The notes under the pieces: model-generated
Told to the model about the DNA's origin: nothing
The model's input: only the letters and a program-made list of their open reading frames with translations
The model's database searches: none
Position numbers and translations under genes: made by a program
Shown: one piece after another, positions 1-15,000 of the stretch
How the letters are laid out: each line of letters opens with the position of its first letter
Numbering within the stretch: the first letter of the stretch is position 1
NCBI GenBank assembly: GCA_012295275.1
Contig: CM022665.1
Location: forward strand, 30,070,001 to 30,134,000
Length of the DNA stretch: 64,000 nucleotides
Origin: Chrysomallon squamiferum
Lineage: Eukaryota > Animalia > Mollusca
Direction of reading: 5' to 3'

Positions 1-567
1 TTAGATTTATCTGTACAACAGGTCTGATGTGTTGATTCATAATATAAATGGTAGTTCAGAACACATCTGTTTGATATTTGGTAATTTTTGCTTTTATAAA
101 ACTATCAACATCTTTAGTCTTTTTTATATCTTACATTTTATTGTATTAGAATCTGATTGATTACGTTTGATTTTTAACAAGCAGATATTCTGTTTTTGCA
201 TTTTTTTGTTACTACTAACAGTTGCAAAATGTTGTTTGTATTTATTTTGTTTTAATAATCAAATGATTTTATATACTTATTTATTTAAGAAAAAAAAAAA
301 TTGACCCCAACGTTTTATGTAGACATTTGCATTTTTGGCATAACAATTATCAATTCACTCAATTTAAAGCAAAATTTAAAAAATAAATGTTTTACTGTTT
401 TATATATTTATTTACTTGAAGTATCTTACAGGCAGTGAATCCTCACATTCTTGTTTTTATTTATTTCAGTTACTAATAATGTTTCTCACATACAGATCTA
501 CCGTATGCTACACTTGTATATATGCAGAATAGTTCCAAAATTATTTTAAAAAGTCTATGTATTTTAG

Positions 568-1656
568 GGAGAACGTTTGAGTCATGCAGTTGGTTGTGCT
601 TTTGCCATTTGTCTGGAAAGGAAACAGAAAAGAGACAAAGAAACGGGAGTTACTGTTCAATTTAATCAGGACCGGACCAGCTTCACAAGGACAGGATCAT
701 TTCGTCAGACTACTCTCACTGAGAGGCTTGAAGATCCACAAAGTGCTATTCTTGCAGGTAATTTGGAGTTAATCTTGCACTTTCAAATCTAATCTCCTTT
801 GATACTTTTTGATGAATTTGTCAGGTTTATAATTTTCACATTGATCTACTTTTTAGTTTATTACATTTTTAAAAATTCTTAACATAATTATTTTAAATTT
901 TGAATATTGTTTTTTTTTTTTGCTCACAATATTTACCATATTTAATTAGGATATTTAATTTCTAATAAACAGTCATGTAATTTTCACACTGATCTGCTTT
1001 CTGTTATTAATATTCTAAAATTCCTTACTATAATTATTTAAAGTTTTATTTTATTATCTACTCATATTAAGTATGAATAAGCAAATAATGATTATGTTAA
1101 AGTAAAAATAATAATACTTTTTTATTATTATTGTTTTTATTTCAGAACCAGTACCTGTTAAAAAGGTGGAGAATCCTTATGCTGTTCAAAGACCTCAAGC
1201 TTCTGCCACCATGTTATATCGACAGGGATCTTTCAGGGGCTTTGAAAAGTTGCATGAAACATCTTCACCTTTCAAACGCACAGTTTCTTTACGCTTGAAT
1301 GAATTACCATCTACACTAAAGAGGCAGAATGCAGTACTTGAATCACCAACACAAAATGGTGGTATGATCATAATATATTTGTTCACATTTCATTTGTTCT
1401 TCTGAATCCTTTTTTTATATTACACAGAACATTAGTCTTTTTTAAAACTCATTGCAGTTAAATTCTATTTCAGATGTACTCTAAGACTTGTATATCAGTA
1501 TATCTGCATTTTGATTATAAAAATAAATAAATAAAATATGTATATTAACTCAATTTTCTTTAAAAAAAAATAAATTCACACATTTCTTACAATTTACCAA
1601 GTTTAGTTATACATATTTTTTCAAAAACTTTTAATGATTTTCAAATTTCTTTTACA

Positions 1657-1688
<32 letters not shown>

Positions 1689-2949
1689 CTGTGGGTGGAA
1701 CCATACATGAAATATCACCTGAAGAACAGGAAGATTCAATTGCTCAGATGTGTCAACAGTTAACACAGGGATTGTCGGCATTATCCACAGAGGATCCATT
1801 TGCCAGTGCTCCTCGCGGCAGTCTCTCACACCAGACCTCATTACCACCATTCCAAACAGCTTCTGTTCAGGCACCATTAGTACGACAGCACACTATGCCT
1901 GCAGCACAAGGTGAAGCCATTATTTTTAAATTCTTGATCTCAAAAATAGTTGGTGGAATCATTATTGATCTTCTTTTTTTTTTTGTAGAAGTATTTAGTT
2001 TGTCAGCTGATATATGATAAAGATGTTATTCTTTCTTGGGGGGAAAAAAAGGATTATTTATAAATTTATAAACTTGAGAAAAACTAGACCTCATATAAAA
2101 ATAATAATAATAATAAAGTACAATTTGGAAATTATTCACTTTTTAATTCTTCATATTCTATTAATATTTACTAAAGAATTCTATTTTTACCTGAGAATTA
2201 TAATAAAATTTCACATTAATAATTGTAATGTAAGGATAATGAACATACAGATCTATATTTATCAATATTTTAGGTACTTCAGTTACTGTCAAAATTAAGA
2301 CAGTATTTAATACATATTTACATATATACATTTTAAGCATTATTAGTAATCATCCATGTAATTTATTTAAACAATATTTTTAACCGTTACAGGTTTTCCA
2401 TCTCATCCATCACAACCAGCCACTAACCCATGGGCAATGACATCACACCAATGGGGAGATAACCTTTCTGCACCAACAACCACCTCAACAAACCCATTTG
2501 CCCAGTCTGCATCACAGACTGTTTTTAACACCTCTACTATTCAGACCACTGCCGTGAATGGTGTGCCTTACAATGCAAGTCGAAATGTGCATGGCATTGC
2601 CTCCGAGCATACTGTTCATCCTCAGACACTGGCTTCCACAAGACCTGTTGCTCTTCAAAACCTGCGCAGTCATTCCATAGACACTGCACAGCTTGCCACA
2701 TCAGGTTGGGGGGAACAGAAGAATAAAAATCCTACTTTACTGCAGTTGGCAACACAAAGAAGTTTTCAACACAATGGAAGTTTAGGGGACACCAGTAATA
2801 ATAATTTGAACAAGCCTGAAGGTTTGATGAGTCCTTCGGCCCCTGGAGTCGATCCATTTGATGTGGCATGGGCAGCCAAAGCAGCTAATAAACAAAATGC
2901 GAATCCATTTGGATCAAAGGGTGTGAAACAGTTCGAAGTGCAGTTATAA
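568..2949 (+). CDS. numb: Numb endocytic adaptor, last four coding exons (5' part lies upstream of window)
   Basis: GT-AG exons 568-757, 1146-1361, 1689-1910 and 2393-2949 join in frame. They encode the PTB C-terminal helix [25 protein letters not shown], NumbF-type RQGSFRGF and [24 protein letters not shown] and NPF motifs, and the C-terminus FEVQL* (human NUMB ends FEIEL). Confidence 0.96.
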
Positions 2950-5900
2950 AAGATAAGATTTTACATAGATAAAATGAAAAGAAGTTGTTGTGGTTTTTTT
3001 CTTAGATATTCTTGAAGTTGGATTACCAAATTTTAATTGCAAAATATTTTTTGACAGAAAAGGTATGAAAATTTGGAGATGCCTTTCTGACATGTTTTTA
3101 ATGTTAGTTTTAAAATGGCGAAATGGAATTAATATGCCTCACTGAATTTATTATTCAGAAAAGTGTTATCTTAAAACTCTTGTGATAGTTTTGTTGAGAG
3201 GTTAATTGAACTGATTAAAAACCAAAAATGTAATCCATTTTAAACACGCCTTCTTAATACTGAGTTGTATTTTAAATTGTTTTGACAAGTGCACACAAAA
3301 ATATACATATTGTATTTAAAAGGTCACTGGTCATTTGCTAAAGAGTATCACATCTCATTGGCTCATGGCAGATGCAGATAAGACAATTGAAATATCCCTG
3401 CTGTGTTTCAGTTCAACTGGTGTGTACCTTTTCACCACTGTGACATAAACAATGAAATGACAAATAATGGAATATAATCAATTATGGGTGTTGAGGCTAC
3501 ATTTTCAGATTCATTGCAGTCACATGTTAAACAAATATCTGTTTCAACAAACAAGAATTCAGAAAAGTGTTCATTGTTTTGTTTGTAAATGGCACATTCA
3601 TAAAACAAAACAATGTGATGTAAATATTTACACAGTATTGTTTTTAAAAGACTTCAAAGACCATATTTCTTTGGTCTAGAAATTGTGAACAAATGACCAA
3701 TAATTTGTTTTGGAAAAAGCAAATATTTTATCATTCTGAATAGCATCTGTGAAACAAGTATAACTACTAACTCCATCATCTAATTCATGGATGGGGGAAA
3801 AAAGGGTATAATTACATCTGAATTTTAATCAGCTATAACCTTAATAAATTATTTATCCTATGTGCTTTACATAGTCTGATCTTGATAAAAATCAATTTTT
3901 TTGAAGACAATTCAGTCTGCAAGTGTGCTGTCAATACCCATGACTGATTAACTTTAAAGGTGTAATTACAAGTTAATTTACATAGTGGTGCAGTTTGCCT
4001 TTCAGCAATTATTCTCTTTAATGTATGATTATAGTCATATGTTTTGTTTTGATCAAGAGGAGAAAGCTGTGCTTTTTAATGTATCCTTCATAAGGTATTT
4101 ATCATCATATTTTAATCTTACATTACTTTCATAGCTTTTTCTCTTTCTTCCTTTTTTTCTTTTTTTTTTTTTTAATTTTTTTTTTTTGTCTTTTTTCTTT
4201 AGTTATTGCATTAATGCACCAAAAATATAAAATATTTATTTGATAAGCTGGACAAACTTAAAATAAAATTCCTATTGAATTTCAGATTTTAAAATAATAA
4301 TAACAATGATGAAAATAATTTTAAAAAAAGACATGTTTATGATGAAAGGACTTCTATATGAAGCCTGTTTTATTTCATATCATTTTGTGTTGGCTTTTTT
4401 TTAATTATTATTATAATTTTTATGTTGGTCCAGACAAAAGCAGTTTGTTTTTAATCTGGTGAAAATACTTGAAGAAATGGGTGAATTATAGTAAAGCAAT
4501 AAATGTTCAGTATACATATCATTAGCTTTTTAACATCATTATTAGCTTTTAATATTTTATCATCTTGCTAAGCATGTTACCAAGTTAGATATAAGTGTTG
4601 TGACATATAACAAACTTTTTAAAACAAACATTTCATTATTGGAATTATTGTACATATTTTAATCTCAGATTGTTGGATAATTTTAACACAATCCAAGGTT
4701 ATTATTATTACTATTACTATTATTTTTTTTATTCAGAAAACAAAATGCACATGCAAGAAACAGCCTTTTTTTTTAAACCATTATGTAATTAGATTGTTAT
4801 ATATTGTTAGACAAGGCAAAAAATATTCATATAATCAGAAAACAACTACTAATTACAACAGCAAGAAATCCTTAGTAATTATTAACATACTGCCAGAAAT
4901 TTATTTTATTCAGACATCTGAAGAATTTTTCAAAACATTGTTTCTAAATTTTAAATAGAATTTTACATTAAGCGTTAGATAAGTCTTCCTTAAAGTTAAT
5001 ATTTTTAAAACATGCACAGATTCATTTAAATGATGATTTCTGAAACAAAGAAATCACTGCAAATATACTGTAGCACAGAGAAAAGAGACTGGAATTTAAA
5101 TTATATGTTTTTTCTTTTTTAAATTGTGTGGAATATGAAATTTGTCATTACATTGTCAATGAGAAAGCAATACAAAGGTCATTAATAAAAATTTTAAAAA
5201 TGAATTCTTATGGTGCAAATGTAATTGAAGTGACACAACTCCATATTTAACAGAGGCGGAAAGTTTAAAAAATTCATCAGTGGTTAAAAATTTCTTTGAA
5301 TCCAAATGTGGTTTTCATGGTTTTCTCAAGCAAGCCACATCAGAGTTTGAAGCCAAACTCATTTTTTTTCTACTGTCTAAACAAATACAACAGTTGTTAC
5401 ATTTTTAAACAATGATTTTACAAGACTATAATTAATGTTTGTTAGTTTAATCTTTCTTGCTTGTTCTATCATTGATGTGGAATACTGTTTTCAAAATATT
5501 TTTACTTTTCATTAAAAATTTCTTATTTAAAATAGTTAAATGTTACATTTGGTTTTAAGATTTTAGAATTTTTGATGTTAAATCCAGTAACATGAAGTGT
5601 TTGTAAATTAAACTGTTCAGCTGTTTTGTTAATATTTTAATTTAGAAATTTTTTGAAAAAGCTGCATTTAATATTTTTTGTCATAACATTATTGTTTTTG
5701 TGCTGGCAACCGATACTTAGATCAAAAATAAATTCTTCATTTTTTTTTTTTCTTCTTCTATGAATTTTAATTATATATTCATTCTGACACTGAGTTGCAG
5801 GAGATTTTTAAAATTATTTTCATTTTATTTATTTATTTATTTATTGGATTTTTTTTTACTGGTGGCCTTTTCAACAAAATTTTAAAAACATTTGAAGTAA

Positions 5901-8230
5901 ATAGGAATATTGCCAAGTGGCCTTTACACATATATAGTTGTTAAGATATTCATGGTTGCAGGTGTAACTAGTTATTTTGTTTGTCCTGTTGGGAAATTTT
6001 ATTAATTTTTTTTTTTTTTTTTTCTTTCTCTTCATTTTGTATTACTAAAGCATAAACAGAATTCTTGAAATTGTAAAAACCATTTGACAGTTAATTAAAA
6101 AAACACAACAAAAAATACACTTAAAATTCTCATCACACTTGTATATACATTTTTCTGGCTTCTTGTCATTATTGTCAATCTGTTCATGAAAAACTTTGCT
6201 TTATTATGCAGCATCTCAGTTCAGGTTGTACATAATTTAATAAAATTCTAGCTAAAATTGACTGGTTCTACAGTCTATACAAGTTTGTAAAATTGTTTCC
6301 TAAAAGTATTTTTTTTAAATGCATGGGACATTTATCAATCCAAAATAAAGGGAACAAAATACACAAGATTTGGGAGAAAAATCTAAAAGATTATTTATCA
6401 TATAAGCAGTATGGTATAAAATAAAAATTTAAATGATGAAAAAAGGTTAAATATAATATGAGCCAAAATTATAGTTATTTTAAATTCACTAAATTTATAG
6501 AATTTTTCCCCACTGAAATCACAGTTCAGGTGTTAAATACTGAAGTAAGAGACAATTCACTAGTACTAGGAATACATCAGGAAAAGTCTGTAAATTTCAG
6601 ACAATTATCATAATTTCTGTTTCACATTTAAAAATTTAGATTTTTTTATCTATGAACTTTAAATCTTAAAATGAATTGATTTAGTTTGTTGATAAAATAT
6701 TAAAGTTTCAAATTGTTTAAATTTAATTAACTGAACACTTATCAAGAAATACTTCTTAAAAAGAAACAGATTCATAAGCAAAATCTGATTTTTTCATTGT
6801 TAAAAGTGTGAAATTAATTCAGGCTATTTAGTTAATTAAGGTAATCCACCTCCCTGTCTCAAAACAAAGTAACAGTTTATTTTTTGTCATGAGATCTGTG
6901 CTGTTGTTAATTAGACCAAAGCCTGGTGTGTTCCTATCAGATAACTTGTACCAATTATTGTCTTATTTTGTTGTTTATCCAAATGGTTAAGTATATATTA
7001 TATATAGAATAAATTTATTTTATCTAATATGAAACAATGTACAAATGCTCATCTTCAATTTTGTTAGTTATGTATTAAAAGTTGTATGTTAATAACATTG
7101 TATATTTTAAAAGATATAACTTATATATACATACACGTATATATTTCAGTGTATATATATAAAAAGGTGGACTTTTTTTTGGTTTAGTTGATATTGGTAT
7201 TTTAGTTTAAAATAAAGGCTATTAAGACTACACTAGTGAGTTATAACATTAGTAAAACCCCAGTGATTTATACTATGATATCAGTGTTTCACTTTACACA
7301 ATATTAATCTGGTGAACACTGTTCTGTATTTTTGTAATTCTTTGTATAGATGCACTGAAATTAAGATGTGATAAGAAAAAGAAGCCTGAACTATATTATT
7401 ATTTTTATTATTTTTTTAATGTGTATTATACCAATTTTATGAACACCAGTTACATTCTTGTATTTTTCCTAATTATCTTTCATTTGTTTAGTTAAAATTT
7501 AGAACTGATCATAATTTTTTTTAAATAATTCTTTTGGTTGAAAATGTTCAATATATATAAGCCATCAAAGTAGAATTCTAAAATGAAGAATAAAAATCTC
7601 TGAACATTCTGCAGTTTTCATCAATTTACCCCAATTTTTATTTCTTCTTTTCCTTTTTCTCTTTCTAAAAAAAAAAAAAAAAAAAAAAAAAAGAAAAAAA
7701 GAAAAATTATTTTTACATGTACATTTTACAAGCCACTGTTGTAAATGGCTAATGTTCTTTCATCACATCAGTTGTTTTTATTGCCTGTGATTGTTTGCAT
7801 TATTTCATTTACATTTTTAAAATTTTAAAATGTTTTTAATGTTTTCATTGTTACAGGATATTTTCTCTAATTTTTAATTTTTTTTTTTGCCATATTAACC
7901 TAAATAAAAAGTTTGTTTCTGAAAAAATTAATGGGGTTTTTTCATGTTCCGATTAAATAAATATTTGATTATATAATAAAAGAATGTTGATATTTTATGA
8001 AGCTATGTGAATACTGAGATAATACCAGCATTTGAGACATACAGTACAGAACTGATTTAAATGGAAGAATTGTACGTATTCATCAGTTATTTTGTTTCAA
8101 ATAATCACATCAGTTGTGCATTCATCTTTTTTTTCTTCTTTTTTTTGTCTTTCTATTTAGCTTCATAAATCATATATCAGTTTATTATCATTTGTTATCA
8201 CGTTCCCAAACCAGAATTAAAATAAATAAT
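2950..8230 (+). other. Probable long numb 3' UTR
   Basis: No coding exons follow the stop. AATAAA hexamers occur near 7903 and 7958. The 3' end is inferred and uncertain. Confidence 0.35.
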
Positions 8231-10013
8231 TTGTCTTTGGTTGTGACTCATTTGTGTGTTGTTATTTACCCTGTACAACAATGATTCTTAACTTTTTCCT
8301 TTTTTTTTTTTCTTCTTTTTGTGCCTCTTTTAAAATAATTATGAAGGTTGTCACTCTTTAGGTTAAATTTTAAAAGTATAATGAATTGCTTACTGAAGAT
8401 TTAACAATTTGTCATTTACTGCCCAACCTTGTGATCTCCCAACACCTTGATAGATAGGAATTACTTGTCTAGGAAGACACTGTTAAATTCTTAATAATAC
8501 TGAAATGTTTAATAAGATTTTTCCCCCACAAACTCTTCAATATTTTGCTTACAAGTAGTGTTGTTATTGTATACCTTACTCAGAATGCTATCATCAGCTC
8601 AGGAAGATCTCTTCTATACCAACTGCAAATTAAAAAATTGCATTTTCAGTTATATAATAATCAAAGAAAAGAATTCGGAACACGTAATCGTGTGAATAAG
8701 GCAAGAGCCTTTAACATAAAGTTATTCTTACAGAAGATATTTTGAAAGATTAGATCATTTATCATGTTTATTAATACTGAAAACAAAAATTTACATATTT
8801 AAAATCTTAGAATAGGTTTATGGAAATACATGAAGACAAAGTCATCAGTTCAATATATTTATTTACTCAGTATTTAAAAAATATTAAAATTACACTTAAT
8901 TAAGCAAACCATATTAATTAATAAATGGTTTTTCAGTTTTAATGTGAGTATCTGACTGAAGTACTTTCATTCATGAAATTTCTCGTTACCAAAAAAACAA
9001 GCCAATAATATTTACTAAGCTTTCAGAAATTAAAATTATATCTATGTTAATATAAATATTAAAAAGTCAAATTTAAGATTTCTGAAAATATGTTAAAATG
9101 ACAAATCCTCCCTCAGAATAGTGTATATTAATAAATAAATAAATAAATAAAAAACAACTTGTAATATTTCTAATAATAACAAAATATGTGAACCCATAAC
9201 ATTTCAAGGTTTTTATTACTCTTTCCAAGATTTACAAGAAAAAAAGCATTTGTCTAATCCAGTGTTGTCATCTCAAACAATACTAACACTAACTTGTATA
9301 AAATATAACAGCAAATATACACAAAACAAATGTTACACTGCACCTAAATTATATACAGGCTTACATTTTTATATAACCAAATAAATTTCAAAATGTTATA
9401 TGATATGTAAAATGAATAAAGCTATTCTCATTGTGAGACAAGATAGACTAATTTGTTGCAAATGAGTTTATCATATTGTGAGAATGTAAGTCATAACAGT
9501 AATAGCTTAGAAGGGCTTAGTAGCTGCATTGTCTAACATACAACACAGATTGTGAGCTAATCATTGTTGTTTAAGTATAAAAAAATACTTTTAGAATGAT
9601 ACTTATGAAGTAGTTCATAGGTACATTTGAATGTGATTTGATATAGATTTGGACTTTCTGGCACTGATTCTTTATCACCTCCATCATAATATACGATGAC
9701 ATACTTGTGATACATTTCTTGCATTGATTATTATTAACATCAAAAACTGCATAATTTAAATTTGTTTAATTAAAAAAAAAAATTGAATTTATCTCTTAGC
9801 CCTTCAGATCATGTTAGATCATTATAATTGATTCCATACAACAAATCATCATGTTACAAGAAAGATCTTCAATACAATTGGCAAAGCAGCAATAGAAATT
9901 CTAATACAAACCTATTTTGAAGTAAGACAAAACATTACATTAAAAGAATTTGAAGCAAAATTAGTCAACTCTGATTAACATGATTTGCAATGTATACTTG
10001 ATTAATATATGAG

Positions 10014-10016
<3 letters not shown>

Positions 10017-10087
<71 letters not shown>

Positions 10088-10094
10088 ACACACA
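10017..10094. repeat. (GA)n microsatellite followed by short (CA)n
   Basis: Long perfect GA run seen directly. Confidence 0.97.
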
Positions 10095-12094
10095 AAAAGA
10101 CAGAGCGAGCTATGTATGTTAAACATCCCATATATAATGTGCTTGAAGGAAGAAGTATGTCAGGGTTAAGAATTCTATTTATATTTAATACAATATTAAG
10201 TAAAGTTTTGTACAAGAGACCATATGAAAATTATAAGCTATATCAGCTGCTCCAAAAAATATTTGGATTTCTGAAGTGTTTGGATTTCAGATTTGCATCT
10301 AAGGGATGTTCACCCAATATTAATTAGAATTATAATGAAATTAAAGTTAAAAATATTATACCTTTATTTATAATTATTTGATATGTGTGTGTGTATTTTA
10401 ATGCAGATTAATATTTGTGATTTAAAAAGGTTTTTAATAACTTTTACTTTATTGATATATGTTTGATTAAATTGAACCTTTTACAAAAAAACTATCACAT
10501 TTATTCACATTTTTAAATACAACAGAAATACTTTCAAACCAGGAGTTCCATAATTACATAATTACTTTGTAACAAATTTAAAACATTAACAACCACCACA
10601 AAAGCATGTAAAATCTTGATTATATTAATAAAATGAAAAAGTATGTTTGCAAAACAGATTATCACAATTTTAAGCCTTCTGGATTAAAGAAACATCACTT
10701 ATATATATACAAATAGATGAAACAAACTAACACAACTCTTTGAAAATATAGACCAGTGACATCAATGTGGAAATATTTTGATTTTTTGTGATTCAGGTGG
10801 GTCACTTAACAAAAAAATGAAAAATTAACTTTTAAATGATCTGTATAATGAAAACTTATTACAGTTTAAAAAATAAACCTAACAGCTTATGTTCTATCTT
10901 CCTCCTTTTAAGTCAAGTTAAATATGCATGATTAAAATATTAAAATGTATATTTACTAAGAACATTTTTATATAAAGTAATTAGAGGTCTTTCTCCTCTC
11001 ATCCATAATTTTCTTTTAAATAATTTTCTAACTTGAAATTTAATTATACAAAGATATACTATGTCCTACACATGTTATTAAACAGACAACTGGTAACACT
11101 GAAATTAAAAACAAAGGTGGAGATGGTTTTTAATTTTTAAATATCTTTCATTACTGATGTATAATCTAGTGTCCTATATTTAAAATTAATTGCAATAAAG
11201 TCATCCAGTTTATAAAAATTGTGCATTTGACTCTGATGTATAATTTTAATTTTTGAGCAACTAAACTGAGCTGTGAATTTAAACTGTAATAAGTAATAAC
11301 AAAATTATCTGGTTATATGTAATCTGTATATAAAAATATTTAATAATTTTCTTGTGCTTAATCACAGGCACCTATAAAACATACACTATCAAAAATCTGC
11401 TTAAATAGCAGAAAAATACAATTATTTTATTATCTGCACTAGAACAGAAAACTAAATTGGAATGTTTTTGAATTATTTTTTATTCTTAACAATTTGGGGT
11501 TTTTAAAAATAGATTTATATAACAATTAACTAATAAAAAAAAATTGCTAATTTTAGTGATCACAGACAAAAAAAAAAAAACTTTATGACAAGCAGGTGTT
11601 AACATTATAAAAACAAAATATAATCTCTTAATGAGGTCTTAAGATATCTCAAAAAGGGAGGAAATACATAAAAATATATAATAATTTGTGAACCTTAAAT
11701 CTATATCATTTATATAATGGAAAGAAACAGATATTGTAATTGCTTCTGAGCAAAATGAAAATCAAAATGTGCAAAATGGGTATATTCAAAATAACTATGC
11801 ATTGTTTCCTTTTCCAAAGGAAACTAATTTTATTTTCATCACAACTAACAGTGATCAAAAAAGAAGAAGAGCAAAATAAAAAAATCACTCTATGACACAC
11901 AGCCATATGCCTTTGAGCTGCTTTCAAACATATAACACAAAAATTAATTTCTAAATATATTAACATAAACAATTACTGCTCAAAAGGCCTAACTGATAAT
12001 TTTATTAATTATTTAAAGTTAAACAACAAAGCAGGTCTGTAAATGAAGTTTTGTGCATTTCAAATGCAAAGTGCAAGCTGTGAGGCCAGGGTTA

Positions 12095-15000
12095 CTAGGA
12101 AGTGAACCTGTTGTACAGTTTGTTTTCAAAACTGGCACCTTGACTACTGCCAACAAAATCATCCATTTCTGGATTAACAAGATCATCATCCTCTTCATCA
12201 AGACGTGTCATTCGGAATTGTCTGAAACGATAACATGTGAATAACAATCCATTAACTATATAACAAAGAGAAAACAGTATGACATTTCCACAGTAATGAT
12301 GTTTATAACAGTTCAGTGTTAAGAAACACATAATGTTTGATAAAAGATAAAAGTTTTACGTTCAGTTTTGAATACATTTTTTCTATCTGAAGCAAAATGA
12401 GTTCAAAACATTTGCAATTGTGGCACACAAAAACAGATATCTTGATCACTATATGTAATTGTGAGCACTGCATGAATTTTATAGTGAGAACAGATACACA
12501 AACACTAAACACTGTTAGCTACTGATACTGATAACTATGATCTACTGATATTCTGTATACCAATCACTGTAAGTGTCAAATACCCTGTACACTGATCACC
12601 AGGGAAGAGATATCACTACAATAAAAATATATTGTGTACGTTCATCACCATGAGCAAAATACATTGATGATTATGTGCAAAATACACTCTGTAAATTGTT
12701 CACTATGAGCAAAATACACCCTGTAGATTGTTCACTATGAGCAAAATACATTCTGTACTTGATCACTATGAACAAAATACATCCTGTACTTGATCACTAT
12801 GAACAAAATATATCCTTAATATTGATCACTATAATTATGTATTGAATACTGTGATAACTACATGTAAAATACATCTTCTACTTTGATCAAAAGAATTATG
12901 CAAAATATATCCTGTACACTAATCACTATAGGTTATACAGCATAAGCAAAATATGTAATGTACATTGATCATTGCAAATTACAGATATCATGTATATTAA
13001 TCACCCTGAGCTGTAGATATTCTGTATACTATCACTGTAACTTTATAAATGACAGATAACCTCAGTTTGTCACTATGAGTAATAAGTAAAATATCCACTA
13101 CTGTTACTGTCCTTACAATCACCAGGGACACTTTAATATTACACAAATCACTGTCACCAGTGGACATCATCTGTATTGACCAACAGAGTAGGATGCTTAT
13201 ATTGAACAAAATCTAAACAAGGATTATCTGTCAGCAAATTACAATGTACTTTTAAAATGTTTGAAATAAACAGTTATTCAGTTTTTTCAGTATTAGTCAT
13301 CTTTCATTAACTGCTAATTCCTGTATTAAACAAAATAGTAATACAATTTTTCCTATTTAAAAGTAAAATATTTCTGCTTCTTCTGGATTTAATTATTTAT
13401 CTTTCTCTCAACCTTTTTTTTTTTTTTGTTTATTTTATAAATAAGCACTTACAAGACCCCTCTTCTTTTCTTCCGCAAATAGATGATAACCACAACTACT
13501 ATGATCAAAAAAACTGCAAGACAGGACATAACCACAGCTATTGTTTCCTTGATATTTCCTGTAATGTAAATTGTTTAGGGAATAAAATTATGAATAATAA
13601 TAATAATAATAATAAATAATAACAAATATTTAAAAACAAATATATATACTTATTTATATAATATATATATGTATGTGATAAAACTGTAGGAAATGTTAAA
13701 CATTTGCAAAAATGTAGGTAATATATTTAACTCAGAAAAATGAACATTTTACATTTCTACAATTTTACCACTACACTATAACAACAATGGAAACTAAGTA
13801 AGTAATGTATATAATCAGACAATGACATGAATTGGTGATAAATAAAATAGAATGTGTTCTTCAAAAAAAAAAAAAAAAAAAAAAATATTAATTTGTATGG
13901 TATTTTGTATTAATTTTATATTAAAATTACCATCATGTTTAGCTGGACTGGTATTCAGACACTGGTTCTTGCAGTTGGTATCCACCTGGTACATCTTACT
14001 GTTTATAGTCAAATGTGGTGTTTTCTTAATGAAATCGTTGTAAAATGTAAACATCTTGTTGGCCAGATTAGCATCAGAAGCCTCAAGAAATGCTTCAAAT
14101 ATTAAACTTCCACAATGGTATTTAGGTACTGAAAATTAAAAAAAATTAATTAAAAAATTTAAAAAAAAAATTATATCCTTCAATTCTGTTTCATGTGTAT
14201 TTATTAAATTTTCATGGAATAGTTTCAGTTTTTCCTAATACTGAAAAATGGAAAATGAATAATAAAAAAAAAGACACAATCAGTTTCATGAAAGAATCAC
14301 ATCCTTCAGTTTTGATTAGCTTGTATTTATTATATTTTCAAGAAATGCTTCAAACATTTTATAACCTTCCACAATGGTATTTGGCCACTGAAAAATGGAA
14401 GAAAAAAAAAAATTATATATACAAACTGTTTCATATTCTTTGGTTTTGTTTGGCTTGTATTAATAAATTTCAAAGAATGCTTCAGTTATTAAATTTCCAC
14501 TGTACTATTTAGATAGTTACGAAATAGAAGGAACAACAAAAGACATGATCAGTTTCATATCATTCAATTTTGGTTACTTTGTAATTGTTAAATTTTCTAT
14601 ATAATAAAAGGTAATGATAAAAAATTAATTTATGATAATGTTATTCTTTAGTTTACATATCCATTCTTAATAATAGGAGTTTCCTCTGGAAATTATAATA
14701 AAGTTAATAATTTGCCAAATTTTAAATGCTGTGTGTGTGTGTACATGTATTTTGTTTGATATTAATCTAATATATATTTATACACTTAATCAAAGAAATG
14801 GAAAGATTCTTTCTTAAAGATATAACTGAACTAATGTAAATTAGCTACGTTTATGTTTTACAATGTATCCATCTCACTTGAAAATTAATTTTTAAAATTG
14901 TTAGAAAGCACAGTTTGCTATAAACTACTGCTTAGAGAGATGAGGAAACGTTCCAGCCACTCCTGTAAAAATGCTATCAGATCTAGTTCTGAGTTATCCA

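Noticed and set aside
2950-8230. Musashi-like (G/A)U1-3AGU elements in the numb 3' UTR
   Set aside because: The motif is too short and expected frequently by chance in such AT-rich sequence; it cannot be supported without conservation data.
12560-12990. ~30-bp periodic repeats superficially like a CRISPR array
   Set aside because: Units are contiguous and degenerate, with no unique spacers and no cas genes, inside a eukaryotic intron; this is a minisatellite.
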